NCBI RefSeq assembly: GCF_006345805.1
Contig: NC_043005.1
Location: forward strand, 28,768,001 to 28,832,000
Source: Octopus sinensis
Taxonomy: Eukaryota
Direction: 5' to 3'
Length of the DNA: 64,000 bases
Part shown: in pieces, positions 39,451 through 52,696 of the stretch
Numbering within the stretch: the first letter of the stretch is position 1
Layout: every line of letters starts with the position of its first letter
Notes under the pieces: model-generated
What the model saw: only the letters and a program-made list of their open reading frames with translations
What the model was told of the DNA's origin: nothing
The model's database searches: none
Position numbers and translations under genes: made by a program

Positions 39451-40334
39451 TTGTGTGTCTGTGTTTATTCCCACCACCATAGCTTGACAACTGATGCTGG
39501 TGTGTTTACGCCCCTGTAACTTAGTGGTTCAGCAAAAGAGACCAATAGAATAAGTACTGGGCTTACAAAGAATAAGTCCTGGGGTTGATGCATTCAACTA
39601 AAGGCAGTGCTCCAGCATCATGGCCACAGTCAAATGATTGAATCAAATAAAAGAAAATATATATATATATATACACATATATAAATATATATACATATAT
39701 AGGGATCAAAACAGCTTGATTCAAATTTGCTGGTACTCTGAGTTTCAAGTGTGATGCTAGTCTTGAGCCATTTTGAATTTGAATGAAAGAAGTTAATTGT
39801 TATTACCATAAGGTGGACAGCGATTACTCGAGGAGGATCATGTGGTGTCATGGTTTGATATTCATATATCAGTATATCAGCATATCAGTGACAACAGTTA
39901 TTTGGAAAATACCACATGGGGAACAGGAAATCGGTTGGGGTGTTGGAGGGGAAGTAGGAAGGGGCATTATGTGCAAGTATATAATTGTATATGTGGGTGT
40001 GTTGATTACCTCATGGTTTTGTGTGCATCTCTGTACTGATGCAAGTGTGTACATCTGTACATGGACGCACACGTGCATGCCCCCCACGTGCACACACATA
40101 TGAACAGATATGTAAGCATGCACACACATACACATATGCATACACAAGTACACACATGCACACACACAGACATGCGGATTCATTTATATGTACATATGTA
40201 TACATGCATACTAGTGTATGCACATGCACATGTGTACTTGCACACAGGCATGCATGAGTATACATGCACATAACAAGGATTGGGGATTGGTAAGTGCTGG
40301 GAATTGGTAAGAGTTGGGGATTGGTAATTGGTGG

Positions 40335-41395
40335 TCCTGCTCAGGGGGTTGGTTGGTGATGGTGACCTGGATGCAGACAGTGCAGAGTAGCAGCTGGTAC
40401 TAAGGTGGTATACCCGGGTTGTTGGCCGTCAGGAGTTTGAAATTTGCCAGAAGGGCATATCTCTGGTGACAGCGATAAGATAAATTGTATTTCTTGTTGA
40501 TGGAGGATATGCAGTTTTTCGCAGAGGCACAGCTGGCAGCTGGGGGCACCAGGTGAATATGGTGACACTGTCAACAATAGTCCACTTGATGCTGGGTGTT
40601 TCATCTTCGAGATCACAGAGTCTCCAGGTAAAACAAGACAGAGAAGCAGAGTTCTCTCTGTCCCTGGATCTGAATGAGTGCATATACTGAGAGCATCTTT
40701 CCTTGAAGTCGTTAGCTGTCATAACCCTTATAGTACCTAGTAATGCCATCGGATGGTTTAATAGTGGCTCTGTATACTATGGCCCTTCAGTGGAAGGATC
40801 CTTCTAGAAGCACATGGTGGGGTTTCAGAAGTTGCAGGTTCAGGTTGGGGGTGGTGTGGGTGCATTTTTAAGTCTGTTGCTGCAGGTGATGTTAGATACA
40901 ATGTTGTCTAAGCAGAGTAGCCCACCTTGACATTATGGGGGTTGAAGAGTTTGTAATACTTGTGGCCTCTGGAAAAGTGTTTCTCAATGACATGAAGCCC
41001 CTAGCTTCATTGGTGGAAACTTCTAGGTTGAAAAGAGGGTTATACCATATAATTTCCCCTTTCCTAATCTTTTTGGAGTGAGGAGAGGGTGTTTGGGAGT
41101 TGTCAACATATATGAGCTTCTCAGTATACCTGCTCCTAGCCAAAGCATTGTTATAGTGGGGGGGGGGCAGTTCTGTTAAAGATCTCTCTATTGGCCGAGA
41201 GATTAGTAATTTTCTAATGCCTGGAACTAGGTTTCTAATTACAGCAAGGGGAGGGGGTATTGAGCTCTTGTGGATGTATATTGTTTCCTCATTACACTAA
41301 CTGTACGAGTAATACTTGCCCGTATACAGGTCTAAGTTTATGTCCAAGAAACTGACCATAGTCAGGTTGGTGGTAATGGACACGCCAAACTCCTT
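40335..41395 (-). mobile_element. Penelope-like element remnant of a different family
   Basis: Frameshifted pieces VSFLDINLDL (RT), IIWYNPLFN, and FKERCSQYMHSFRSRDRENSASLS...PSIKWTIVD...PYSPGAPSCQLCLCEKLHIL (GIY-YIG C-terminus). Confidence 0.8.
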
Positions 41396-41842
41396 AAATA
41401 TATATATATATGAAAATAAAGATCTATTAATGAGGGATTATCAATATGGGCGAAATCCTTTATAAGCTCTCTGTTAGTACACCAGGCTAACAACATTATT
41501 TAGAACTCAAAGTATTCTTGTGACAGGGTCATCATTCCATGTAAATTCATGGCTGTATCCCCAGTTACTCCAGTCTTTCACACAGAATGATATACAAGAC
41601 AAGGCATAAATAATGATAATTGCATATTTTTCCTTTATTGTAGTAAATTTGACTTACAGCTGTTTCTGGTTGTCATTATAAGTTCGTTCATTAATTATTT
41701 TACTCATCCATCATTGTTCTGCTTGGTTTTCACCTGAATACCACAACTCTGATGAGGGTAGATTTAATTCTCTAAGTTGGTCAATTTTTCTCAACCATTC
41801 AATGGTCTGACTGAGTAAAACAATCAATGAATGAACCTATAA

Positions 41843-41942
41843 NNNNNNNNNNNNNNNNNNNNNNNNNNNNNNNNNNNNNNNNNNNNNNNNNNNNNNNNNN
41901 NNNNNNNNNNNNNNNNNNNNNNNNNNNNNNNNNNNNNNNNNN
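41843..41942. other. Assembly gap (100 N) inside FKBP11 intron 1
   Basis: Run of 100 N. Confidence 1.
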
Positions 41943-43487
41943 GGATGGTAAGCAGACCATCAAACCCAGGACTGAGTACACCTACTTAAACCACCCCATC
42001 ACTACTTTCTCTCCCCATCTTTCCTTCATATTAATCCCTGACATAAGTATTTCTCTTCCATTTCTCTTAATCACCACCAACACTCTTTCCTCTGTTGTTT
42101 TCCCCACTAATTCCTCTCTCAATAATAAATCTGTTCCATCCACCATGGAGGCTCTCTTTTACCTTGCAAGCAACAAGGCAACTCCACCAATGCTAGTGCC
42201 ACAAGAATGTACCCAGTGTATTCTGTTGGTTGGTGAATCTCCTTTGGTTAATGAGTAGGATTCAGTTGTTTAATTAACTGAATTAGGTGCTCCTTAATTA
42301 ATAAGTGGCTGAGTATTTCTCAAACACATATACACTTAACATAATTCACAGGTAGAATCAGTATGACAGAGTGTGCCAAGGATCTACATCATGAATCATA
42401 GATACAATCCATATGACAGGCTTCTATGCAGTTTCTGTTGACCCAATTTCACTTACATGTTATGGTAAAAAATAACATTTGCTCAAGACACCACACAATA
42501 GGATCAAACTGAGGACTTTTTGATTGCAAAAATGAATTTCTTCTTAATTCAGCCATACTACACCTCCGTAAGTGGTTGGTCATAGGAAGGGCATCCAGCT
42601 ATAGAAACTGAAAAAACTAAGACATTGCTGTAAGATGTAAGAGTAAAGACTTTGACCCTAAGAGACATGTGATTTGTGGAAACATGCATCAAATGTTTAT
42701 AAATTTATCCAAGGATCATTGTTATTATTACTATATTTCTTTTATTCTTTTACCTGTTCCAGTCATTTGACTGCAGCCATGCTGGAGCACTGCCTTCAGT
42801 AGGGCAAATTGACCCCAGGACTAGCACTTATTCTACCAGTCTCTTTTGCCAAACTGCTAAGTTACGGGGACATAAACACACCAGCATCAGTTGTCAAGCG
42901 ACGTTGGTGGTGGGGTACAAACATATACACACACACCTATATATACAATGGGCTTCTTTCAGTTTGTCTACCAAATCCACTCACAAGGCTTTGGTTGGCC
43001 CAAGGCTCGAGCAGAAGACACTTGCCCAAGGTGCCACTCAGAGGGACTGAACCCAGAATCATGTGGTTGGTAAGCAAGCTACTTACCACACAGCCACTCC
43101 TATATGTAGCCACCCCACTCTTAAATACTTCTTTCCCTTAGTTGTGGGCTATTTTTCCTTTTTCTGTATTGTGCCGGTGACAAAATAAAATCACTCAGTA
43201 CATACTGTAAAGAGGTTGACATTAGAAAGGGCATCCAGCTGTAAAAACCATATCGAATCTGACAATGTACCTCAGTGCAGCTCACCAACTGTCAAACCAT
43301 CCGACCCATGCCAGCAGAGAAAACGAACATTAAATGATGACCATCATCGTTATCATCACCTACATACATACGTATTTATACATACACATATGAACACATA
43401 TATACATACCTAATGTATACATCCATGCATGTATGTATATAACCACACGTTTATATATGCAAACATTTATAATTCCATATTATATAT

Positions 43488-43547
<60 letters not shown>

Positions 43548-43551
43548 GTTC

Positions 43552-43587
43552 CTTTCTGTCGAAGAGCGTAGGCTCGAAACGTAAAAG
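43552..43587 (+). ncRNA. Candidate minimal type I hammerhead ribozyme (core variant)
   Basis: cttt CTGTCGA a gagc gtag gctc GAAACGT A aaag. Stem I cttt/aaag, stem II gagc/gctc, palindromic ACGT stem III, GUA cleavage triplet. A6 is replaced by U. Confidence 0.5.
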
Positions 43588-46515
43588 ACTATCTCACTTC
43601 CCGAGCGTTAAACTAATACATCTGTTTGTTGTTTACACACCCGTCTTCGTCTTTTGTGTCCTTTTATAAATTCCAACTATATATATATATCGTTTTTGGA
43701 TTTGGTTTGCAAGATTCTTTATATGAGTTCGTGTGTTGAAACAGATTCTGTTGTGACTTGGGGGAAGTCATTTTCTTTTCGTGCCTTATGATTTAACACA
43801 CACACACCGGTAAAATTTCCACTTATTTCTTATTTTTATTTTCCTAAAATTTTCGTTGCGTCTTGCAACCTTTTCAATAGTAGGAAAATAAAAATAAGAA
43901 ATAAGTGGAAATTTTACCGGTGTGTGTGTGTTAAATCATAAGGCACAAAAAGAAAATTACTCCCTCCAGACACAACAGTATATATATATATATATATATA
44001 TATCTCCATACATGTACAAAAATACATGTACATATCCATACATATATACACGTGTATACACTCACACGCTCTCCCTCTCTCTCCACACACACATACGTGA
44101 TAAAGTAAAAGCAGTAACTAGTCTACATTCCTCCGCTAGAAACTTGCCTTATCTGCTAGTATTAACAACGACACGTTACAATTCTTATTAGCGAATGTCA
44201 CCTGGCTACATTGTAACCCTGTCACATAATTCTTCACCTCGGTACTTCTATTAATAACCACTACTATCTTTCGTTGTAGTTACTCTTGAATATGTCTCCA
44301 CCTGTTTTCATGCTAACAACCGCTATTTCCAGCTGTTTTAGCTATCCTGTTAAATGCCTGCACCAGAGTACATTTAAAAACAATAACCACTACTTAATTT
44401 ATTACATATATATATATATATATATATATATTACCGACAGAATGATACGTATAAATACTAACCTACATCATTTCAAATGTAATATCTTCAGCTATTCTTA
44501 TTCTACAATCTAGAAGAATCTTCTCATACTTAAATGTGTATATATCTAAATGCACACATCGATATATTTGTGTGCGCGCGCGCATATACTTCAGGTTTCA
44601 CACACACTACACAATAAATATATGCACACGTGTGTGCGCGCACACGCAAACACACATACAGAGTGACCCCCCGCACACACACTTCTTCCCCAACTTTTCT
44701 CTCGATAACATTCGGTTATCATGCAATCAACAGCAATAGCAAGAAAATTATGTGTATTCCGCAATTTTTTTTTTCATTAATCCCAGCACAGGCACGATGC
44801 AAGGCGAACCCGTTTTGGCCCCGTTCTACACATCTAGAACCCTACAACTACTACTAGTGGTATACTACCAGCACTAGTTAGGTTCTTTCTTCAAGTCACA
44901 ATGTGATAAACGAAGACGTTGGGTGGTTATTACAACTACCCCACACTCACTCATTCATTCATAGGAAACAGAGTATTACTTCAGATTTTAAACGGCTCTT
45001 CGTGATGGATTTTTGGTTTGGTAAAATCGTTATCAAATTTGGTCCAGATATATTCTGGATAATTAGATTTATATCTGTCTAATACAGATATGAAGAGAGA
45101 CAAATATATAGGCGTATGTTACAGCTTTAATACACACATATATATGTACGCGCGCACACATACAATGTAGAAGTGACAGTGTATATTCTACATGCCAACA
45201 CATTTGCATGTGTAGAAGACGTGCCATGTATGTATAAAGAGGTTAAAGACTAAGAGATATGGGGAAACAGAGCGACAGAGAGAGGAGAAATAAGGCAAGC
45301 TACAACTAGAGAAGGAGAGAGAACACAGAGGGTGAGAAATAAAGGAGTAAAATAATGGGGCAAGCCGATGATGATAATTCTTTATTATTGTTGCAAGGGC
45401 GACGAATGGAGGGGAGAATTTAAAGATACATTACAAAAAAGGGTGGCACAAGTCCACACATTTTGGATGAAGGGTGAAATTGTAATAATAATTTCTCAAG
45501 CACAAGGTCTGGAATATGGCACACGGCCATAAATTATGGGAAAGAGGGATATAGTCAATAAAACCGGCCCTCGTACTTAACTGATACTTATTATTATTGA
45601 TTCCCCCAAAAGAAAGCTCCACCTCGGTGGGATTTGAACTCAGAATGTGTAAAGGGACGTAACTAAATACCGCAAGGTATTTCGTATAGTCGTAATAGTA
45701 ATAATAGGAAGAAAAACCTCAACATTTGGGAACGGGGAATATGAGTGTGTGATGTTGATGCCTTTCTCGAAGGCTTTAGTGATGTAATGTGAAATGAGAA
45801 GACAGCAAGTAAATAATAATGATTTATTGCATTAGCATTTGTATTGGACTGGCTGGCATTTCGAGGGAGAAGACAGAATTGTGAAAGATATAGCAGACAC
45901 TATAGGGATTTGAACTCGGAACATAAAAGGGCGTAATTGACCATTTTGTCCTCTACTCTACCAATAATGTTTTATATATTATTTATAATGATAATAAAAA
46001 TAATGTGAAGGTTTCTGAAAAATATAAGAATTCATCTACAAAAGGAACAATTTCTGTCAAAAGAAGCGAGTTATCAAGCGAAAGGGTTCGTGAATTGCAT
46101 ATATTCAATTTTAACGCCCCTTAGATGGAAGACGAGGTCGACCTATGAAGGATTCGAAGAAGCACATGCGAATGAATTAAATGCTGAAAAAAAAACCCTG
46201 GTCAAAAGCTAATGATACCATAAATACACCATTAGTAATCCCATAGTAGACGTGTGTACGTATGTATGTAAGCAACTGGCCGAATCCGGAATCGAATGCG
46301 CCTTTTCGTGTATTGATGACCATATATTATAAACATTAACGCACTTGCCATGTCTAAGCTCATTTTTCGGCTAAAGTCATGATAGTTCAATCATCCTCAT
46401 TGATACATATAGAAATTATTAAAAGACTGTGTGTAATTTAATTATTGTTTTATCTGACACTTGATTGCACCCTCAGTGAAGAACATAGATAGATAGATAG
46501 ATAATTGAAACTCAC

Positions 46516-46680
46516 CTCTACTGTCATCGCAAGACCTTTCGATGGTTTAGCGACTTTCTTTTTACCAGTTCCTCCTGCATTGCAAGCAACGGGTGAGAAG
46601 AAGAAGAAGCAGGTAAGAGTCAGGCTTAAAGTGATGATGCCAACCATAGCAGAGCAACGAGGCGTTGAGGGGTGCAGCAT
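46516..46680 (-). CDS. FKBP11: FKBP11-like PPIase, coding exon 1 (signal peptide + N-terminal linker)
   Basis: Reads MLHPSTPRCSAMVGIITLSLTLTCFFFFSPVACNAGGTGKKKVAKPSKGLAMTVE (55 codons). ATG context is ttcaaaATG. Hydrophobic signal-peptide core ends in ACNA. Donor GAG|gtgagt, phase 0, joins exon 2 in frame. A second in-frame ATG is at 46647. Confidence 0.85.
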
Positions 46681-47324
46681 TTTGAAAAGAAGTGCTTCGC
46701 TGCCCACTCCAATAATACTCTGACAATTGAAAAGCTACGTTGACTGTGAAGAAATGTTGGTAAGATAGCGCAGAGAAAATAAGACCACGACAAGGAACTA
46801 TAAAATATAATAATAATAAATATAGAATTATATATGTTTGTGTGTGTGTTGTGTATGTCTTTAAAGAATTTACGTTTCTTAATCTGCGTGTATTAGCATA
46901 GTCGCGTGTTATGTATACTTTTTTTTTATTTATACAATACTAATATAATATAAATATATTAATGATTATTTTAAAATCAATTATCCCTTGTATATTTTTC
47001 TATATACGTAATTATTCCATCCAAATACAGTTTCTTTTTTTTTCTTTTTGATGTTGTTACACTGATAGATAAACATATATGATTCGTATCTGAGTTTCGA
47101 ATATAGTAAAGCCACGACAGGTTTGTGTTTACAGGTTCGTTATTTTCAAACAAGTGTTTCCTGCTGGAATGTAGATGACACGACATGGAGTACACGAAGC
47201 ATGTGTTAGGGAGGTAGACGTGGTTATACAGAGAGAGGGGGGGATAGAGCGTGATTGGAAGCTTGTGTTAGAGGGAGTTGACGGGGGAAGGAAGTAGAGT
47301 GAGAAAGTCTCATATGGAGTGTGT

Positions 47325-47642
<318 letters not shown>

Positions 47643-47833
47643 TTTTCCTTCTTTCAGTCATTAGATTGCGACCATGCTGAGGCACCACCTTCGACTCTAG
47701 TACTCTTTTTTTTTGTAAGCCTAGTACTTATTTTATCGGTCTCTTTTGCTGAAGCATTAAGTTACATGGATGTAAACGCACCAACACCGTTTACCATTCA
47801 GTGTGGTGGTGACAAACACAGACATACACACAA

Positions 47834-47864
<31 letters not shown>

Positions 47865-49710
47865 CTTGGGCCGACCAAACCCTAGTGAGTGGATTACATA
47901 AGCGGAAACTGAAAGAAGCCCGGCATAGATAGATAGATAGATGTATTTGTGTGTCTGTGTTCATCTCCCCACCATCACTTGACAACCGATATTGTTGTAT
48001 TTACGTCCCCGTAACTTAGCAGTTTGGAAAAAGTGACCGATAGAATAAGTACTAGGCTTACAAAGAATAAGTCCTGGGGTCGATTTGTTCGCCTAAAATG
48101 ATATATATATATATACGAAGGGCTTCTTTCAGTTTCCATCTTATAAATCCACTCACAAGATTTTGCTCAGCCTGAGTCTATAGTTGAAGACACTTGCAAT
48201 TTTATCATGGCTACCGAATAATTGTCACATATTTTATATATATATATATATATAGGAGTGGCTGTGTAGTAAGAAACTTGCCTCTCAACCACTTAGTTCA
48301 GGGTTCAATCCCACTGCATGGCACCTTAGCCAAGTGTCTTCTACTAAACCCATGAGCCAACCAAACATTTATGAGTAGATTTGGTAGACAGAAACTAAAA
48401 AATGCCCGCTATATATGTGTATATATGTACATATATATATCTACGTGTGTGTGTCTGTGCCAATCACTTAATGTGGATGGAGCTTGCAGAAGAGGGAGAG
48501 CCAGGAAGATATTGGATTAATGTGGAGAAGGCTGACCTCAACACCTAGAACCTCATGAAAGAGCTGTTGAAGGACTGAGACGACTAGTAATATATGTAGG
48601 TCTGAAGAAGATTTACCAATCTGTATATAGATTGATAAAGTGTGTGTGTGTGTATTTATATATATATATATAAAACTTGGAAATGGATGCATGGTGTTCG
48701 ATCATATAATAATATAAATAATATATATATATATAGATAGATAGATAGATACCTATATGTACATACCTACATATGCATGTATATATACATGCATATATGG
48801 ATACAGGACGTAAAAAAATGGAACCCTCCTCATCGTAACCGAAGGAGCACCAATTCATTAATTAAATGTGAGGAGAATTACTGGCAGCTTTTTCCTTCCA
48901 CCTCTTATCTTTCTTACTGCCCAGGACCTTTTCACTTATTAACCACCTTCACACTCTCCTCTCTACTCTCTTTCAACATTAATCACCCTCGACCTCAGAT
49001 CATTATTTTTTCTGTCTTTCCCTCTCTCTTTCTCCCTCTCTCTCTCTCTTTCTTTCTCTCTCTTTCTCTCATCTTATTTCACTCTTCCTGTCTACTGTCC
49101 CCTTATTTCTATTCTCTTACTCTCCACCCCCACTTTTTCTCAGTCAATTCATGCTTTTTGGCATAAAACCGCTTCCCTCTCTATTGTAGCCCTTCTTGTT
49201 TGAAGGGGATCTTAGTCTTGCAAACAGCATGGTAACCTCATAAGTGCTGGTGCTGCAAAAAAAAATGCACCTCATACAAACTGTAAAGTGGTTGGCATTA
49301 GAAAGGGTATCCATCTTTAGAAACCATGCCAAAGTTGACATTGAAACAAGATCCAGTTCTTGAACCCATCACATCCTGTTATATCATTTATCCATGATGA
49401 TAGCATGGAAAATGGACTTAAAACATCATGATGATGATGACATCATCATCATTTTAACATCCACTTTTCTATGCTTGCATGGATCTGACATAATTCACTG
49501 AGGCAGATTTTTTATAGCCAGATAACCTTCCTGTCACAAACCCTTATCCATTTCTAAACATAAATATTTCCCCATGGCCAGACATATTTTCACAGAAGAT
49601 TGGAACTGAATGACACAATTTGTGTCACAGTTACACAAATAACTATCACGCAATGTCAAGACAATGAGACACACATATGCATGCACAGACATATTTATAT
49701 ATGTATGTAT

Positions 49711-50160
49711 GTCATTGTTCAGTTTTATATCAAGATTTCTTGCCAATAGAGACAAAACCAGTTTCTAACCTAGATCCAAAGTTCATTCATTGGAATTTCA
49801 ACATCAACAACAGGGTATTTTTGTTTGTTTGTATGTATGTATGTATTATGTATGTATGTATGTATGCATGCATGTATGTATGTGTGTATGTATGTATGTA
49901 TGTATGTATGTATGCATGCATGCATGTATGCATGTGTGTATGTATAACATTGTTCAGTTTTATTTCAAGATTTCTTGCCAATAGAGACAGAACCAGTTTC
50001 TAACCTAGATGCAAGGCTCCTTCATTGGAATTTCAACATCAACAACAGGGTATTTTTGTATGTATGTATGTATTTATGCATGCATGTATCTATGAATGTA
50101 TGTATGTGTGTGTGTATGTATGTATATGTGCAGATTTGTATGTTTTGCCTTATGTATGTA
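49711..50160. repeat. Tandem duplication, ~237-bp period
   Basis: cattgttcagttttat..caagatttcttgccaatagagac..aacctagat..ggaatttcaacatcaacaacagggtattt followed by (TATG)n occurs twice. Confidence 0.85.
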
Positions 50161-50745
50161 TTCTCATGCGTATAGTTACATACCTAGACATGCTTAAATA
50201 TATATTTAAATGATAAACTTCTGGAAAGTTTCACAGATTTTTACAGTTCCAATGATGGATTGGATCTGTTATGCTTGTATGTATTTTTGTATGCATGTAT
50301 ATGATAGGGTCTCTTGCTGCAGACAACATGTGAGTATTCAATGAATAAGAAGAAAAAATTTCTAGCCAAGTTGAAAGGATAAAATGAGAACAACATTCAA
50401 ACAAACACAACCAGTTAGACTGGAAATATGCATCATAAGCCTATAAAACAAATACAAAACCAAACACAAGACCAGTAAAAAGATATATAAATGCAGAACT
50501 GATAATATATACATATTTTTTTATTCATTTACTTGTTTCAGTCATTTGACTGTGACCATGCTGGAGTACTGCCTTTAGTTGAACAAATCAACCCCAGAAC
50601 TTTGCCAAACCACTAAGTTACAGGGGACGTAAACGCACCAACATCGTTTGTCAAGCAATGTTGGGGGGACAAATACAGATACACAAACATATACATACAT
50701 ACATACATACATGTATGTGTGTGTGTGTATATATGTATATGTATG

Positions 50746-50777
<32 letters not shown>

Positions 50778-50958
50778 CGATGGGCTTCTTTCAGTTTCTG
50801 TCTACCGCATCCACTCATAAGGCTTTGGTCAGTCTGAGGCTACAGTAGAAGACACTTGCCCAAGATGCCACGCAGTGGGAATGAACCCAGAACCATGTGG
50901 TTTGTAAGCAAGCTACATACCACACAGCCACTCCTGCGCCTATATGCATATATATATA

Positions 50959-52611
50959 TTGGGTCATCCCATAAATAATGCAGTTTTTTCAATTGCATAA
51001 ACTAAAAGCCAGAGGGGGACAGGATAAACTATTTGCATCAACTTGCTGTAAAAGCAGGTAGTAATTTTACCATGTATTTATTCTTAGTGCAAGTTTTGAA
51101 GAGTGCTGTTCAATTTTAAGTTATTTTTTTCAAAGCTATAATGGAAGTGACAAAGAAGTATATTTGGCATATTTCACTTTATGAGTTCAATAAAGGCAAC
51201 AACACAATGGAAAATGTGAGGAATATTAATGCAATACATGAGGATTGGACAATATGCATAAGCCAATGTCAACGGTGATTCAAGAAATTCTGAGCCAGAA
51301 ACTACAACATAGAATATGAGCCTTGTCCTGGAAGATCTGTAGAGTTCAACGAGGACATCATGCAAATGTTGGTGGAACAAAATCCCATCATAACTGTTGA
51401 GGAACTCACAGAGAAGTTTGGATTTGGTCATTCAACAATTCATCAACACCTGCATGCCATTGGAAAAGTCAGTAAATTCAGTCAATGGGTTCCTCACAAA
51501 CTTTCCAACTCTAATTGTGCACAGAGAGTGGATATGTGCTCTTCTTTGCTGTCCTGTCTCATGAATGAACTATTTTGGGAGCAAATAGTGACTGGTGATG
51601 AGAAATGGGTCCTCTATAAAAATGTTAAGTGCCAAAGGCAGTAGGTAGGGAAAGGAGAAACACTGGTACCACAGGCTAAAGAAGGTTTTCACCCATGTAA
51701 GGTGTTATCTGTTTGGTGGGATATGAAAGGTTTAGTCCACTTTAAACCTTTAAACCCAAACCAAACAAAGGAGATTTACTGTGAGCAGTTTGAGAGGCAC
51801 TAGAAGGAAAATGACCATCTTTGGTTTCAAAATGAAAGGCGTTCTTCCATCAGGTTAGTGCTCAGCCACATACAGCAAGGATGACATTTGAAAGGCTGGA
51901 GCAGTTTGAATGGGAAACAATGCCCCAGCCACCATATTCGCCAAACATTGCACCATCTGATTACCATTTATTCCGCAGTCTTCAAAATCATTTGGATGAA
52001 AAAAATATGAATTCGTAGATGAAGTCAGAAGAGTACTAGAGGAGTATTTTCCATCATGGACAAGTGAATTTTGGAAGAGGGGCCTTGCAAATCTACCAGA
52101 TAGATGGAAGAGCATTGTAGAAAATGAAGGAGAGTATATCTATATATATAAAGCTGAAGTTGTCTGTGTGTGACAGGTTTGGTAGCCTTCAACTAACATT
52201 ATATTCTCCGAGACCCTGCGGTGCAAGTTGACCAAAATTGAGAGTATGATAGAAGAAGGCTTGCTCTTCATTCCATAGAAGATAAAATTCAAATTAGACC
52301 ATGTTAAGACCAAATATTATTTACATCAAAAAGATGCTTTTTTTCTATGAAAATCCCTATTTTTTATGACTTTTTGACTGCTGTATTGCCATTTTTCGGT
52401 GTATTTCAACCAGAAAAATGTTTACTTAAAGAGAATAACAAGCTACATAATGCAAAATTGTTACTTTTCAAAAATTCCAATTCTAAGGGGTCAAAACAAA
52501 CCCGAGCAACGCCAGGCAATACTGCTAGTTTTAGATTAAAAAAGAACTTTATCTTAATTTTGAAAAATAAAAGAAGTATATAAAAAAAGCACTATTTATG
52601 GGATGATCCAA
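50959..52611 (+). mobile_element. Mariner (DD34D) transposon with pseudogenised transposase
   Basis: TIRs ttgggtcatcccataaataatgc / gcactatttatgggatgatccaa, TA on both sides. Motifs WVPHKL, IVTGDEKWVLY and PPYSPNIAPSDYHLFRSL with stops and frameshifts from 51141. Length is ~1263 bp after removing the nested insert. Confidence 0.93.
52139..52528 (+). mobile_element. Non-autonomous Helitron-like element nested in the mariner
   Basis: Starts TC (tctatatatatataaagctg) and ends with an imperfect hairpin cccgagcaacgccagg followed by CTAG. Inserted between A and T without a TSD; removing it restores gagtata|ttttagattaa. Confidence 0.8.
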
Positions 52612-52696
52612 TATATATATATGTATATGTGTGTGTGTGTGTGTGCGTGTGTGTGTAATGTATGTATATATATATGTGTATGTATGTATGTATACA

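Noticed and set aside
41630-41790. Partial hammerhead-like words (gaaacagctgtaagtc on minus; ctctgatgaggg on plus) near the Penelope remnant
   Set aside because: Each has only half of the core; noted as a probable decayed PLE terminus only.
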